A stretch of DNA of 64,000 nt from Geosiphon pyriformis uo1 (Eukaryota; Fungi; Glomeromycota), in the NCBI GenBank assembly GCA_016748015.1, contig JAAOMT010000429.1:1-64000 (forward strand), read 5' to 3'. The translations under genes and the position numbers were made by a program. The notes beneath the pieces are model-generated. The model worked only from the letters and a program-made list of their open reading frames with translations. It did no database searches and had not been told where the DNA came from. Shown here in pieces: positions 39,592 through 53,700 of this stretch (positions within the stretch are counted from its first letter, which is position 1; each line of letters opens with the position of its first letter).

Positions 39592-42470
39592 TGTTACTTA
39601 TAGAATATAGAAAGTATATTAGCATATAAATTAGCTAATTAGAAGTAGATGTAATAAATGTAGAATTCCAGGATTCTTTTTAGAAAAATTGCAAGATTTT
39701 AGGAATTTCAGAATTCTCATATGAGGAATTACAGGATTCCAGAATTCCAGAATTTCTCTTAAAAGAATTGCAGGATTTCATGAATTCCAGAATTCCTGGC
39801 TAAAAAATTGAAGAATTCAAGGAATCTTGTACAATGAAATTTATGTATATATAGCAGTAGTATCAGAAGCTAAAAAATTAGACTTCCAAAGTCAGTAGGA
39901 CTCTTAGAGTTAATTAGACTCACAAGTCATAATTATTAGAATTCTCAAGACTTCTTAGTTTAGATTTAATCTAAACAACTTTTTATATCACAAATATTAA
40001 TAAATAAGTATTCACTATCTCAATCTACTTCCCACTATTAACACTTCATGTTGATAGTAATTGATACTTAACCATACTAGAACAATAGCTCTTGATCACA
40101 GCTATTAATAGGATATTAACTTGCAATCATCTTGGTTTATTTTTTTTTATCTTTTTTTTATCTCTTTTATTTTATTTTTTTTGTTGTTGTGTATTAATTG
40201 ATTAAAAAAATTAAAGCACTGAGTTATTGACATTATGGATAGTCTGATAAAAGACCCAGAAATAAGAGTAGAATTATATATATATTAATAGATAGCTTAT
40301 CTGAAAAGCACAACTGTTAGATTAACCCAGCCATTACACTGAAAACAGAAATTGAAAAAACGACTTGAGAAATCAACCAATACCAACCATAATAAATTTC
40401 TGTTCATTATACAAAGAACTCAACCCAAACCTTTAGATACAAACAATTTTCAGAAATCAATATCATTATAGCAATTGAGCACCAGGTTATGGGTTTGTTA
40501 TTTGCTTTGAGATTCCAAATAATCACTTGTAACATTTGGTGCTTCCTGTGAGGTATAATTCTACAGAGAACCAACACCAATTAATAATCATTCAAAAATG
40601 GCAGATCAAGAAAAAATAAGAGAAAATCACTTAGAACTTGCGAAATTTTTATTTTACTATTATTTTTGAAAAACTTGTTAAATTGAAAATTTGATCATTT
40701 AAAACCCAATTGTTAAAACCCTGAACATTTGAAACTTACTTTTGATAAACTTGTTAAAACTTGTTAAAATTAAAACTCCAATTATTTAAGACCCAATCAT
40801 TCAAAAAAAAAAAAAACTTTCCCAAATATTTGAAACTAGATAATTCCAATTCCACTATCATACAAAAAAACTTACTGTCAATAAAACTTGTTAAACTTCT
40901 AGCAATTCAAACTCCAGAAATTAATCAAAAACATGAACATTTGAAGTCTAATAAATTCCAAATCCCACTATCATACAAGAAAATTTACTTTCAATAACCC
41001 AAGAAAACTTAATTCTCACAGTATCAATAAATCAGCAAAACTTATCTGATAGCTCTGAGTCAGAATATTGGAATGTAGTCACAATTCACTTTCATGTATT
41101 ATATATTTGAAAAAGAGCCAATTAGCAAGAACAAATGGAAATTGGAATCGGAACTTAATTCTGATTCAAACTTCACTGATAATGACAATGATTCAAACTC
41201 CACTAATGATAATGACAATTCAAACTCTGCTAACAACAATTTAAACTCTACTTCAAATACCAAACAATATATCACACTTTTAGATCTTACAATGAAGCAG
41301 AAATTAACTAAATTCAGTAATAATAATAAGGGCATTATGTTTAAACATACACATAATACAAATGCAAGATTTGAACATAGATATTCTGAACAAACCACTA
41401 TAATTAAAAACCCCAGTCATGTATAAAATTAGATTTACAAATAACAATAGAAATTACAGCAACAACATTGATACAAAAGAGAGATTTAAAAGATTTTACA
41501 AGAGCTTAATATTAAAAGAGAGAATAATGTTACTTATAGAATATAAGAAATATATTAGCATATAAATTAGCCAATTAGAAGTAGATGTAATAAATGTGGA
41601 ATTCTAGAATTTTTCTCAGAAAAATTGCAAGATTTCAGGAATTTCAGAATTCTCATACAAGGAATTGCAGAATTTTAGAATTCCAGAATTCCTCTCAAAA
41701 GAATTGTAGGATTCTAAGAATTCTAAAATTCTTGGCTAGAAAATTGAAAAATTCAAGGAATCTTGTACAATAAAATTTATGTATATATAGCAGTAGTATC
41801 AGAAGCTAGAAAATTAGACTTCTAAAGTCAATAGAACTCTCAGAATCAATTAGACTCACAAGTCATAATTATTAGAATTCTTGAAATCTCTTAGTTTAGA
41901 TTTAATCTAAGCAATCTTCCATATCACAAATATTAATAAATAAGTATTCACTATCTCAATCCACTTCCCATTATCAACACTTCATGTTAATAGTAATTGA
42001 TACTTAACTATACTAAAACAATAGTTTTTGATCACAGCTATTAATAGAATACTAACTTGTAATCACCTTGGCTTATTTTTTTTTATCTTTTTTTTATCTT
42101 TTTTATTTTTTTTCTTTTGTTGTTGTGTACTAATTGATTAAAAAGATTAAAGTGCTGAGTTATTAACATTATAGATAGCCTGGTAAAAGATCCAGAAATA
42201 AGAGTAGAATTATATATATATTAACAGATAGCTTACTAGAAGGGCATGACTGTTAGATTAATTTGGCCACCACACTGAATACAGAAATTGAAAAAATAAC
42301 TTGAAAAATCAACCAATACCAACCATAGTAAATTTCTGTTCATTATACAAAGAACTCAATCTAAACCTTCAGATACAAACAATCTTTAAAAATCAACATT
42401 ATTATAGCAATTAAGCACCAAGTTATGAGTTTGTTATTTGCTTTGAGATCTCAAATAATCATCTGTAACA
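39592..42470 (+). mobile_element. non-autonomous LTR element (B2): two 943-bp LTRs around a 993-bp mosaic interior
   Basis: LTRs 39592-40534 and 41528-42470, perfect TSD ATGT, PBS TTTGGTGCTTCCTGTGAGG at 40535, purine tract before the 3' LTR. The interior has only a gag start, a repetitive filler and a pol/dUTPase fragment. Confidence 0.92.
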
Positions 42471-43187
42471 ATGTCAAATTAATCTACAAAAACAGTATAT
42501 AAAGAACCAATACATATGACAAAAGCAAATAGAAAGATAAAAATTGCTAACAACATTTATTTACTAACCTAACAATTATTTTAATTGATCAAATATCAAA
42601 AACTAAACATAAAAATCACAATTAATTAACAAACTATTTAATATAAAGACACAGAAAGAAAACAAAAACTTTAATATGAGATATAATATAGAGTATATTG
42701 AAAACATAAAAATATAGTAAAAAATATAATAGCAAAAGTAAAAATATCTATAAAAACACCAAAAACAATAGTACTATATAAGGAGTTAACAAAAAAAAAT
42801 TTGAAATGGTGAACATAACAATTTCTAAGAAACTTTTACTATTATCACTTAGAACAAAAGATCTATATTCAAAACTTATATATAAATAAAACAAGATAGA
42901 TATTTAATATAATAATATTATAACAATTCAAACAATTTGTGAAAAAAAACAATCTATCTATACAGACCCAGGCAATATACCAGTTACAAACAGAATTTTA
43001 AGACTGTTTGGAAATACTGCTTTACTCAACAATGAATACATTAATTATTAATCAATTGGGAAAAATAACCAATGCTCAATTTAAAGAATAATAGACCAAT
43101 ATTGTTCAAATAATTCTTAAAAAAGAAGTTATAGAGCTAATTAAAGAGAAAAATTTAAGAGATTTAAAAAATTTCAACAGAACTTAA
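42471..43187 (+). pseudogene. ORF3 of Gypsy B1 (239 codons, unknown function)
   Basis: ATG-to-TAA in one frame, with in-frame stops attributable to CAA>TAA, CAG>TAG, TGG>TGA/TAG and CGA>TGA. Protein-level match to 62569-63265. Confidence 0.75.
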
Positions 43188-46081
43188 TATTAAAAAGAGA
43201 AAATAATATTACTTATAGAAATTATAATAATAGGTAAAATAGCTAATCAAAAATAAACATAGTAAAAAAAATAATTACAGAATTTCAGAATTCCAAAATT
43301 TCTGTTAAAAAAATTGAAGAATTTCAAGAAATCTTATATAATATAAATTATGTATATATAGCAAAAGTATTAAAAGCAGAAAAGTATTTATTTAACTTAG
43401 ATAGAATAGTAGCTAGCAATAACTACTTACTTCTATCTTTTTTTCAAAAGATAGTTTTTATGATTTAAAGCAGAATTACATCAATATTAATAAAATATCT
43501 TATTATTATTCAATCCATATTATTGTTGTTTGATTAAAAATATTAAATTACTTCTTTGTTATTAACAACTTATGTTAATAAACTTCAATATTTAACTATA
43601 ATAAACTAATAGCTTTTAATTATAGTTATTAATAAAATACTAATTTTTTATTTTTATTTTATTTTATTTTATTTTTTTGTTGTTTATTAATTAATTAAAG
43701 AGATTAAGTACTAAGTATTTGACATCAAAAATAGTCTGAAAAAAACCCTGAGAATAAAGATAAAAATTTAAGAATAACTTACCAAAAAAACATAACTACC
43801 AAAATAAACTGGCTACTATACTAAAAAAAAATTCACAGAAGAAATCATTAATTAAATTTTTGTCTATTATACAAAAAACTCAATCAAAACTTTTAAAAAT
43901 TACAGATATTTTCAGCTATTAAGCAGCAAGTTATGAGTTTGTTATTTGTTTCAACATCTCAAATAATTATTTGTAATAACATATTATAAAAGATATTTTT
44001 TTTCTTATTTTTTTGAATTAATTTGAGTAAATTTGTTAAATTTCTTCAATTTTAATAATAAATTTTATTGTAATATAAAAAATATTGTTTAAATTAGTAT
44101 TGTAATTACTGTTTTTTAATTGAAAACCAGTTTTCTGACATAGTTAGAGTTTTTAAGTAATTTTTAATGTTTTTGTAATTTTCAGGATCCATTGTTTTAT
44201 TAATTGTTGTTTTGTTATTAAGTTGTTGAGTTTTAGATATTAATTTTAATCTTGTTTTATTCTGAAAAGACTATTAATATTTGTGTATAATTTTTTTAGT
44301 TAATAATACACAATATATTTGTAATTGGCTAAAAAATCAGTTCATTAGGATTGCTTTATACTGAGGTTTGAATTTTTTTTATTGAACTATTTAAGTTTAA
44401 TATTATTAGTGATAATGTCAAATTGAAATTTATTTCGAAAATATTGTTAAAAGTATTTAAAAACTCAGATAACAACTGTTGCTTCTAATTTAATTGATCT
44501 ATATTTGAGTTCTATTGACTTGAGTGTTTTACTAGTATATATAATCACTTACTTATTGTTATTGTTATCTAATTGTAATAGAATGGTACCAAAAACTATA
44601 TGTAAAGCATTAATAGTTAACTGAAATTTTTACTAAAATTTAGATAGGCAAGAATTAAAACTGTAGTAAGTTTTTTTTTGATAGTATTAAATATTTATTG
44701 TTAAGTTTATGTTTATTGATATTTCACATCTTTGTTGGTTAAATAATTAAGTGGTTTGGCAATTTCATGAAATTTTTTAATAAATTTTTAGTAATAAGAA
44801 GCTAATCTTATAAATTCTTTTAGTTTTATAATATTTCAAGAGATTTTAAAGTTATTAACAGCACTAATTATTTTTAGATTGGATTAAACTCTATTCTTGC
44901 TAATAATGTGTTCAAGAAAAATCAAACTTGTTTTTCTGAAATAATATTTTTTAATATTTAATTTCAATCTTGTTTTTTATAATTATTGAAAAACTTCTTA
45001 CAGATAAACCAAATAAGCTTTAAAACTTAGAGAGTATATATTAGTGTTATTAAGATAAACAATTATTAATTGCTATAAGAGTTTTTTATAGATAATATTC
45101 ATAAATTTTTGGAATGTTGTTGGTATATTGCAAAGTCTAAAATGCATTATATTGAACTTGTAATTTTTTTTTTGGGTAATAAAAGCTGTTTTGAATCAGT
45201 CTTTAAATTTTATTTTAACTTGTTAGTATTTGCTTTCCAAGTTCAGAGTTGAAAAAAACTTGGGTTTTTTTAGCACATTTAGTATGTTATCAATTCTTAA
45301 TAATAAATAGACATCTCCAACTATAACACTATTTAGTTGATAATAATTTACACAAAATTTGATTTTTTCATTTTTTTTAATAAAAACTACTGGTAAAACC
45401 CAAGAACTTCTTGATAATTGAATCAGTTTGTTGTTAAACATTCTCTAAACTTTTTCTCTAATGAGTTGGTAGCTAATAAATAAAACTTAATAGGCTTGTT
45501 GGCATTTTAATAGAGCATTTTTTGTATGAATTTGATGTTATATAATATTGATTTTTCCTAGATTATTGTTATCTTTGACAAATATATTAGCATATTTAGC
45601 TATTAACTGTTTCAATTGTTTTTGGAATTCTAAAAGATTCATGTTAATTTAAGAAAGTTTTTCTTTTATTATGTGGTAGTTTTTGGTATTCAAAATAATA
45701 TTTGGGTTTGGAAATAGTATATATTTCACAATTTCAATAAAATTAAAGACAGTTTAAAAAGTTTTATTCTGAAAGATATTGCTATGTATAATTTCAATTT
45801 CAATTTATTTAATAAAATAATAAAATAATTGTTAAGATTATAAAATATAACTTGAAATTTCTTTATTTTTTTCAAAATATAAATGTTTAGAATTAAAATT
45901 TGTGTTTTAAACAAATTTATTCATTTGATTCGAAGATTTGTTAAGAGATAATTAGTTTTGGACAAGTGTAAATTTCATAATGTTCTCCAAAAAATAATAT
46001 AGTAATTAGTTATAAAAGTCAAAGAATCTAATAAAATTTATTCTTTATATTAAAAGCTATATTTACTGAAATTGTAAATCA

Positions 46082-46420
46082 TTCAGTTGAACCAAAACTT
46101 TGGGTTCTTTTATTATTTTTGTCTAATTGTTTTTTTTAATTGACTGATTATAAATTTAAAATATTAATTAAAAGTAGATAAATTGTTTAGACAATCTTTT
46201 CAGCATGCTTAATTTTGAATAGTTTTTTGGTTTTATTTTGTAACATAATAGTGATATTTTTGATGTATTTTGCATCTATAACTTTTCTTTTAATATTTAT
46301 TTTGAAAGCAATTTTGAAGTTGATCTTTATTAAGAACTTAAATTAAAAGACCAAAATATTTTTGTTTAAATATTATAGATTATATTTAGCATTAATTTCG
46401 TAAATTTTTTCTGGTTTAAT
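46082..46420 (-). pseudogene. dUTPase domain in Gypsy A pol
   Basis: INAKYNL, KRKVIDAKY, AEKIV*, KRTQSFGSTE are eroded motifs 1, 3, 4 and 5 (DAGYDL, GGVIDAGY, KIAQ, RGxxGFGSTG); the motif 2 region is deleted. Confidence 0.8.
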
Positions 46421-49400
46421 TCTTTGTTCATTATTGTTAAAGTATTTGAGTTGTATAATAGGCTGATTTTTGACCAAGTAGATTGGTGTAGTTGCAATTT
46501 TTTCTTTTGGTTCAGGTTTTCTAAATATGATTTCATGTTTGTTACTTTTACTGAGCAAAAAAATGCTAAGAGCATAACATTTTAAACATTATTAATTGTT
46601 ACAAAACATAACATATTCTTTGCATATTTGAATATTTATTTGCTCTAATTATTAAATTTAAAGTTTTTTGATTAGATAAGTGTGATTTGTAATTTAGTGA
46701 TATACTTTTACTTTATCTTTATAGTTGTATCTAGTAATTTCAAAAATATATTCAATATATTTAGCTTTTTTTATTTGGCAAACATTTTTTTGGGTTTTTC
46801 TGATAATTAAAATCATAATCAGTTCAAAAATTATTTCAGTATTATGTGAATAATAATAGAGTTTAGAATACTAAACATTGTTTCAACTATTGGTTTTTTT
46901 GAAAATTTTTTGTTTTGTTTCTTCAGCCCAATTAGATGTTAATCTAAAAGCCATATAAGTTTCGATAATTGGCATTTTTTTTTCTCTTCAAATTTGAACA
47001 CAGAGGTTTTTTTTAATTGTTTGTTAAAAGTATTACAAGTAATAAGTATTTTAATGTATTGTTCTTAATATAAAATCTTAAGCTTTTGAGTTTTTTAATC
47101 TAAGTTTGTATTGGCTTTGAGAAGCTAATTGTTTTTGATAAAAGCTTAGTATTAGGATGCATCCATAATTAAAACTTTAATTAAAATAGTAATTCCATTT
47201 ATTGTAAATGAAAAATTGTCAATTTTTTTTACTGGTATTTTTTTATACCATCTGTTATAATGATAACTGTTTGAACAGATCTGTTAATATTTTATTGTAA
47301 CTGTTGTATTAATTAGTAAGTAATAATGTTTCTGGCAAATCTACTGTCTAAGATTAACTGAATTTTTTTTTTGACTTTGGCTTCTGTATATATAGCTGTG
47401 ATTGCTTTTTGTTCTGTGATAGCTGTATTACTAAACAAAAATAGTAACTTATTTGCTTTGAATTTAGATAAAAATATATTGAAGAAATTGGCATTTTGAG
47501 CAATTCTGGCTAATAAGATTGTATTATTAAAAGAGTTTTGTCTTAAGACTGCAGCTTTACTTTTAGAAAGTATAGTTTGCTAAAAATCCGATTTTTTTGG
47601 TATTGTAAAATAGCTAAATTGTATATGGTAATAGTTGAGTTTTTTTTGAATTGAATTTCAAGGAACTAATTAATTATTGGAATTAAATTTATTATTGTTG
47701 TTGTAAATTAGTTTTAAGGTACAAATTGGTTTTGTTGAACCAATTTTTAAACAGATATTTAATATTGCTAAACTGGTAGTTATTAATACTGTTATTAAAT
47801 GGGTTGTGAAACAGATTAATAGTAATTATTCTGGTATTAAGGTTTTGGTAAATAATAAATTGGTGGTAAAAATTAGTAGTAAAATTGTTAAGATTGGGAA
47901 TAATATTGATTATTTTTTTGATGTTGGTTTTATTGCATTTTTCTGCAGTCTTATTTTCAATGTTCTGGAATTTCACAATAATAACAGTTTTGGTTTTAGC
48001 TGTTTAATAATGAAAAGTTGCTTGGATTTTGTTGTTGTGATAATTAATATCTCTGTTATTACTGTTGTTATTGATTGATAAAATAGTTTTTAATCTTCTT
48101 GGTTAGTTGGTCAATTTTTTTTTAGCTATTAAACTGGTTTTTTCAATGGCTAAGTTGACAAGTTTTGTGCAGTTAGCTTTTTTTATGGCTATTTCATAAG
48201 CCTTAATATGTTAAATAATAGTAGTTAAATCTTTTAAAACATGTGGTCAAAATTTCTTAATGAGTTTGTTTTTTAATCCTGCAATAAATTGATCTAAAAT
48301 CAGGATATTAGAATAGTAGTTATTGATTTTCAAGTGTCAAATTTGTCAAAAAAGTTTGTTGAACTTCCCAAAATAGATTATAACAGATTTGAATGGTTTT
48401 GTTTAATATTGTAGAACTAATTTTGGAAAGTAATAAAGATGTTATTATTAGTAAATTGTTTCAGAAAAACATCTTTAAATGCTTGCCAATTTTTAAATAA
48501 TTCTGCCAAATTCTCAAATTATTCTCTAGCTGTTCCTTAGAAAAAGTAAGAAATAATTTTTAATATTCTGGCTGTATTCTATTTGTTTGCATCTTCTGCT
48601 TTTCTAACTCTGTCTAACTATTCTTAAGAATTGGTGTTAGCATTTTTACTAGTAAATTTAGTAATTTTTGCAATATAAGTAATTGTTATGTCTTTTGTGT
48701 TTTTATTTTTGGCAGTTTTTTCCTTAGTAAATTCAGAAGTGTCTTTGTTGTTATTGGAATGATTACTTTGATTTTCTGCTAAAAAGTTAAGAAAATTTGT
48801 GCTGGTAAAAATTTGTTCTGACTGTTGTATTAGACTTTTTAATAATATAAAATCTTCTAGTTTCAAAAAATAATTAAGTAATAAATTTGGTATTTGAGTT
48901 TGAACAAGTAAAGCTAGAAAAAATGTGATTAAAAATGGTAGTTTAGAATCAGTTCCTTATTTAGGTATTTGTAAATGTTAAAAAGTTGGTTTTGGTGTAT
49001 TAAATATTGTTTAAATTAGTCAAATATTTTTTTTTGTCTTTTTTGCTTGTTTTAGGTTCTAATTCAAGTTTAAAAATAAATTGTAAATTGGCAAAATACT
49101 TTTTTTAACAAAACTTAATAATATTATAAACAAGTTTTTTAAAATAAGTAGCATAATTATTAGCATTAATGTTTTCTAAGTCTTTATTTAAGTAGTAGAT
49201 AAGATTTTTAAGAAAATTTTACTTGATTTTTGTAATGTTGTAGTCTCTAAAAAAGTATTCATTGATTCAGTTTTCAATATATTAAAAAAGTGTTTTTTTA
49301 AAGACTGTAATTTTGTTTCAGATTCCAAATTATTGTTTACAGTAAGTATAAATTAACTGATAGTATTCTAAAGTTGTTATGTTTAATATAATTGCCACTT

Positions 49401-49442
49401 TGAAATTGTTGTTGTTGTATTAATTTATAAGAAAACATTAAA

Positions 49443-50392
49443 TATTATTAAAGATTTATGGTTTCTTTTTTTAATTGCTGTAATGTTAGTTTGCTGTTAA
49501 TTCACAATTATTGAAAACAAATAAATCTTTAATAACTGAATTTATCTTTAAATTATCTTCTATAATTTAAACTGCTGAATTTATAAGTAGAATAGCCAAT
49601 TTTATGCCAGTTATTTTGTGGTAAAAGTCAATTTTTTCTCAAAAATTACTTGTCTAAAAGCTCACTAAAAATATGTAGTTATTTTGCTATAAAAGTCAAT
49701 TTTTTTACAAAAATTTGGTCTGTAAACTACCTTAATGATTATAATAAAAAAATATAAAAAAATATAAAAAATATAAAAGAAATAAAATTTAGTTTAAGAG
49801 AATTATTTCTGATCTAAGTTTGAAAGGACTAACAGTTTACTGAAATTGGTAGCTAATCAATTTTAAAATATTAATTGAATTTTAAGAAAGAATTTCAAGT
49901 ATAAATAATTAAAAAATTTGGGCTTTCAAAGTATTTAATTTTTATTTGTTTTTCTTGAAAAGATGTATAAAAGTTATTTAATTTTAACTAAAATAATTTT
50001 TAATAAGATATATTTTCTTGAAAAAAGAAGCTTTTTTTTATATAACTTGTTATAATATTAGTCTGTGAATTTAAACTTTTTTTTTATTATAATTTTAATG
50101 AACTAAAGATACATTTTAATAAACTACAAGTTATTTTATTGAGCTATTAACTATTTTGGTGAATTATTTTTTATTTAAGCAAATTTTTAAATATTATATA
50201 ATTTGGTATATTGTGTACTTTAATTATCTTAATTTCTATTATACAAATTAAATTATTAATTGAATAGCAATTTTTTATAATTTTTGATTAAATAATAAGT
50301 GATAATTTAAATAATAATAATATATACTAATTAATAATAAAAATTATAAGATAATTTTATGCTAATTAATGTCTAAAATTCTACTGGTAATA
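49443..50392 (-). repeat. 5' LTR of Gypsy A
   Basis: Homologous to 26342-27309 over its whole length; termini eroded by transitions. Confidence 0.9.
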
Positions 50393-50775
50393 TTATATTT
50401 AGTTTTCAAAACAACTATTTTATGTTTTAACTTATTAACTGTTTTATTAAAAGTATCTATATATACCAAAATTTTATTAATCTTAAAACCAAGTGTATTA
50501 CTTAAAACCAAATTATCATTAGTAAATTGTTTAAACACAATAATTAAAAATCTAACTGGCTTAATAATAAACTTAATCAGAACAAAAAACTTGGCCAAAT
50601 CAGATTTCAAAAAAGTCAATTGAGAAAAAATTGCAAAAACATCAGCCAACATATTAATAAGAAAAACAAAACCAACTAGAAGACTAAAAACCAAAAAAAA
50701 ACACAAAAACAGCAGTTTTAACATAAAACTTAATATTATTATCCAATAGAAATTAACAAAAATCAAAAATAATAA
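50393..50775 (-). mobile_element. upstream part of the second ORF1-only element
   Basis: The ORF 50362-50766 translation (LKSDLAKFFVLIKFIIKPVRFL...KIVVLKTKY) is homologous to ORF 2000-2593 (LKFDLAKLSTLVKSIIKFVGRL...KVVILKIEY) and joins 26341 in frame once Gypsy A and one TSD copy are removed. Confidence 0.85.
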
Positions 50776-50779
50776 TATT

Positions 50780-53700
50780 ATAATATATTAATCAATTATT
50801 AAATAATAGTATAAATATTACAAATTAATGAATAAAATTAGAAAATATAATATGTACACAATAGCATGCAAAATATGCACAAACACACCTAATTTAATAT
50901 AATTACAAACAAGTAAGCCAAAAAACACTTACAGTTAAATAAAAAGTCTAATAACTTAGCAATTATTTATTAATCAGTTAGAATAAACATAATTATATAT
51001 AACTTAAAATATATATATATATGATAGTCTTTTAACTAAAAAAAAGAACAGACAAGAAAAAAAAAGAATAAAAAACAAAAAATCAATTAAATAAAATAAA
51101 AACGAAAAAAAAGTGGAAAAATTAGATTATAATCTCAAAAAAAACTAGACAGTATGTCTTTCAAGCTTTGTATTATTTACTAATATTAAGATTAGTAAAA
51201 TTAGAAACTTTTTTTTTATAATTCAGTCTTTTACAAACAACCAAAAAGACTATTATTCTCTTTCTTCTACTATTATTTTTTCATTAAGAAAAAACAATAA
51301 TGGAAACATCTGATATGTCAACAAAAGTACAAACAAAACCCAAGCTTAACAAAATTGAAAACACATTAAAAAAATATTAAATACATAAAATTACCTATAA
51401 AATATTTGTAATACTTTGACCAAAATCAACAGTTAATTTAAAAATCCAAAATAAGTTCTCTATATCTTTAAAAAAATAATTTCTAATTAAGATTATTTTA
51501 TAAATACTAATTTTGTTAAATTCTACTTTTTATTTTAATCTTTTTTGAATTTATTAAGAATAGGGTACCACTTTACTATAAGCAAAAAAATACAGATATT
51601 TAATATTAGTGCAAAATAAAAAAGAGTGTTTCTGTGAAAACTTCAAAAAAAAACATAATTAAAAGTATAGAAATATAATAAAAATTCTCCTTGGAAGACT
51701 AGTATAGCAGTGACTACCAACAACAATTTTAATAGAAACATTATACTATACACTAAATTTAAAAAAAAGACACTTATCTAATATCTGTTAAAAAATTATG
51801 AAAACTTACCAAATTAATCTTCAGATTCTTAAATAAGAGAATAGTAATAATATATTAAATGACAATTTTACATAAATTAAAAGTAACACTAATTGAGACT
51901 AATATATTTATTTCTATATTAAAATTAGATAATTTACTATATTATTACTTAATTTTAAAAACTGTAAAAATTAATCATAATACAACCACTAAAAAAAAAG
52001 AAAAAATTTACATAAAATTTAGTGTTTATTTCAAGATTCAATTTTAAACTATTTAAGCCACTTAAATTTTAACAATTAATTGCATAAATTAGTAAATTAA
52101 AATAACAGAATTAGCAATAATTATTAATTCTTTTAGCCAAAACTTATATTATTAATTTTAAAAAAATTGGAATTATCTGATAATTGTTCTCTAACTGAAT
52201 CAATTTTTAATTACTATGTGTACTATTAAATTTAATACTTACTTGAACAAGATTCAGAATTCCAAAAACAAAAACAAAGCTTATATTAATAATTAATTTA
52301 TCATATCATACTATTCAATACACAATTATTTTCAATAACTCTGGTACAAATATACCAAGAAATCAAGGAATACATCTAAGAAAGTTTTCCATTTATCTTT
52401 AATAAAAACAAAAAAAATAACAGTAATCAAGATAATCAGCTAAAAATCCCAATACAAACACCTCATTAAAAAATTGTGTGTCAACAATAAACTCTAATTC
52501 TATTATAAAAAAACCTTGAGTCATATTACCAGAAACTCTATTTTACTATTTGTTACTGGATAACCAAATTAATATACTACTAAGAACTATGTTCTTATTT
52601 ACCACAAAAACAATTTTTCAAACCCTTAACTATGTTTATATCTTATTTAAAAGAAAATTCTTTAAAAAATTTATTCTAGAAAGATACTTATTATGATTTT
52701 TAAACACTTCTTTTACAATCAAACTTTTAGACTACTTGAAAATTTAAGCCTAAACTCAAACCAGAACCTGAATTTAAATATAACCAAAAAAACAGAATAC
52801 CAAAAAAAATTCTTAAGTGAATCAGAACTAAAATTCATAGTTTTTTTTGTTCAAATATCTGTAAATTTTCAAAAAATAGCTGTCTTCTATATTGCAAAAT
52901 TGACTAACTTTACTGGAGAAAAAGAAGATGTTCATATTTAGATTAAAGAAACACAAAAAGCAATTCTAGCAAATAATTAAAATAAAGTTTGTAATTTTCA
53001 AACCTTATCATTTTTTTGAAAAACACAGTTAACTCCTAATATCAGAATTTAGATTTTAAACTTGACATTTTTACATGGTTTTAAAACATATTCCTAAAAT
53101 ATTTCTGCAATCTCAACATTATTATCAAACTTCAAAATAGATTTAGTAGTTTTAATCATGTTTTATAACAAATTAAAGCTATAGAAAACTACTATTATAC
53201 AGCTTTTCAGATTTTTAATCAGTTTGTAAAAAATTAAAGAGTAGTATCTTAAAATAAGTAAAACCACAATACCTGAAAAATTTATTCCAAGCTGTTATAT
53301 TGGCTTAAGATATTAAGTCAGCTGAAAAAAAAGCTAATTACAATAAAATAATAAACTTGGTAATAAATAACAGTAATACCAAAAAACTAAAAGACAAAAT
53401 TATTCAACTTAAGAAAAAATTATCTTAAAAAATGGAAATTTATCTTGCTAATACCAGACTCTAAGTACCAAACCAATATTAATCATCACAACAATAAAAT
53501 TAAACATTTTTTTAAGACTGTAACTATTAAAACTCAAATAAAAACTAACAAAATATATTAATATGTTATAATTGTCAAAAACATAGACATATTAAAGCCA
53601 AATACTGATTATTGCAGTCTTATTAAAATTTGTAAAGAAACAATTTGTGGAACTTATTTTTCAACAATCAATACATAATACTCTAGAACTAATATTTAAT

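Larger units (their letters stand above)
29294..43978 (+). mobile_element. Ty3/Gypsy LTR retrotransposon family B (B1), full length, decayed
   Basis: LTRs 29294-30111 and 43207-43978, TSD ATAT/ACAT, PBS TTTGGTACTCC at 30112. Gag about 30170-32450, protease about 32460-32830, Cys-rich region about 33960-34650, dUTPase 34870-35395, RT about 35950-36750 (VVYLDN), RNase H to about 37220, integrase about 37450-39480, ORF3 42471-43187, purine tract 43193-43206. Confidence 0.92.
26342..50392 (-). mobile_element. Ty3/Gypsy LTR retrotransposon family A, full length, decayed, host to nested insertions
   Basis: LTRs 49443-50392 (5') and 26342-27309 (3'), TSD CTAT/TTAT. Gag about 49300-47500 (IAKITKFTS), protease about 47400-47050, dUTPase 46082-46420, RT-RNase H about 45600-44300, integrase about 44000 joined to 29293-28300 (HHCC region rejoined across the nested element), extra ORF about 27934-27344, purine tract before the 3' LTR. 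Confidence 0.9.

Noticed and set aside
41094-41426. Asn/Asp/Ser-rich 110-aa ORF as a host gene
   Set aside because: It is the pol linker plus dUTPase start, homologous to 34640-34960, inside element B2.
42471-43187. ORF3 as a retroviral envelope gene
   Set aside because: Too short, and no signal peptide, furin site/fusion peptide or transmembrane anchor is visible.
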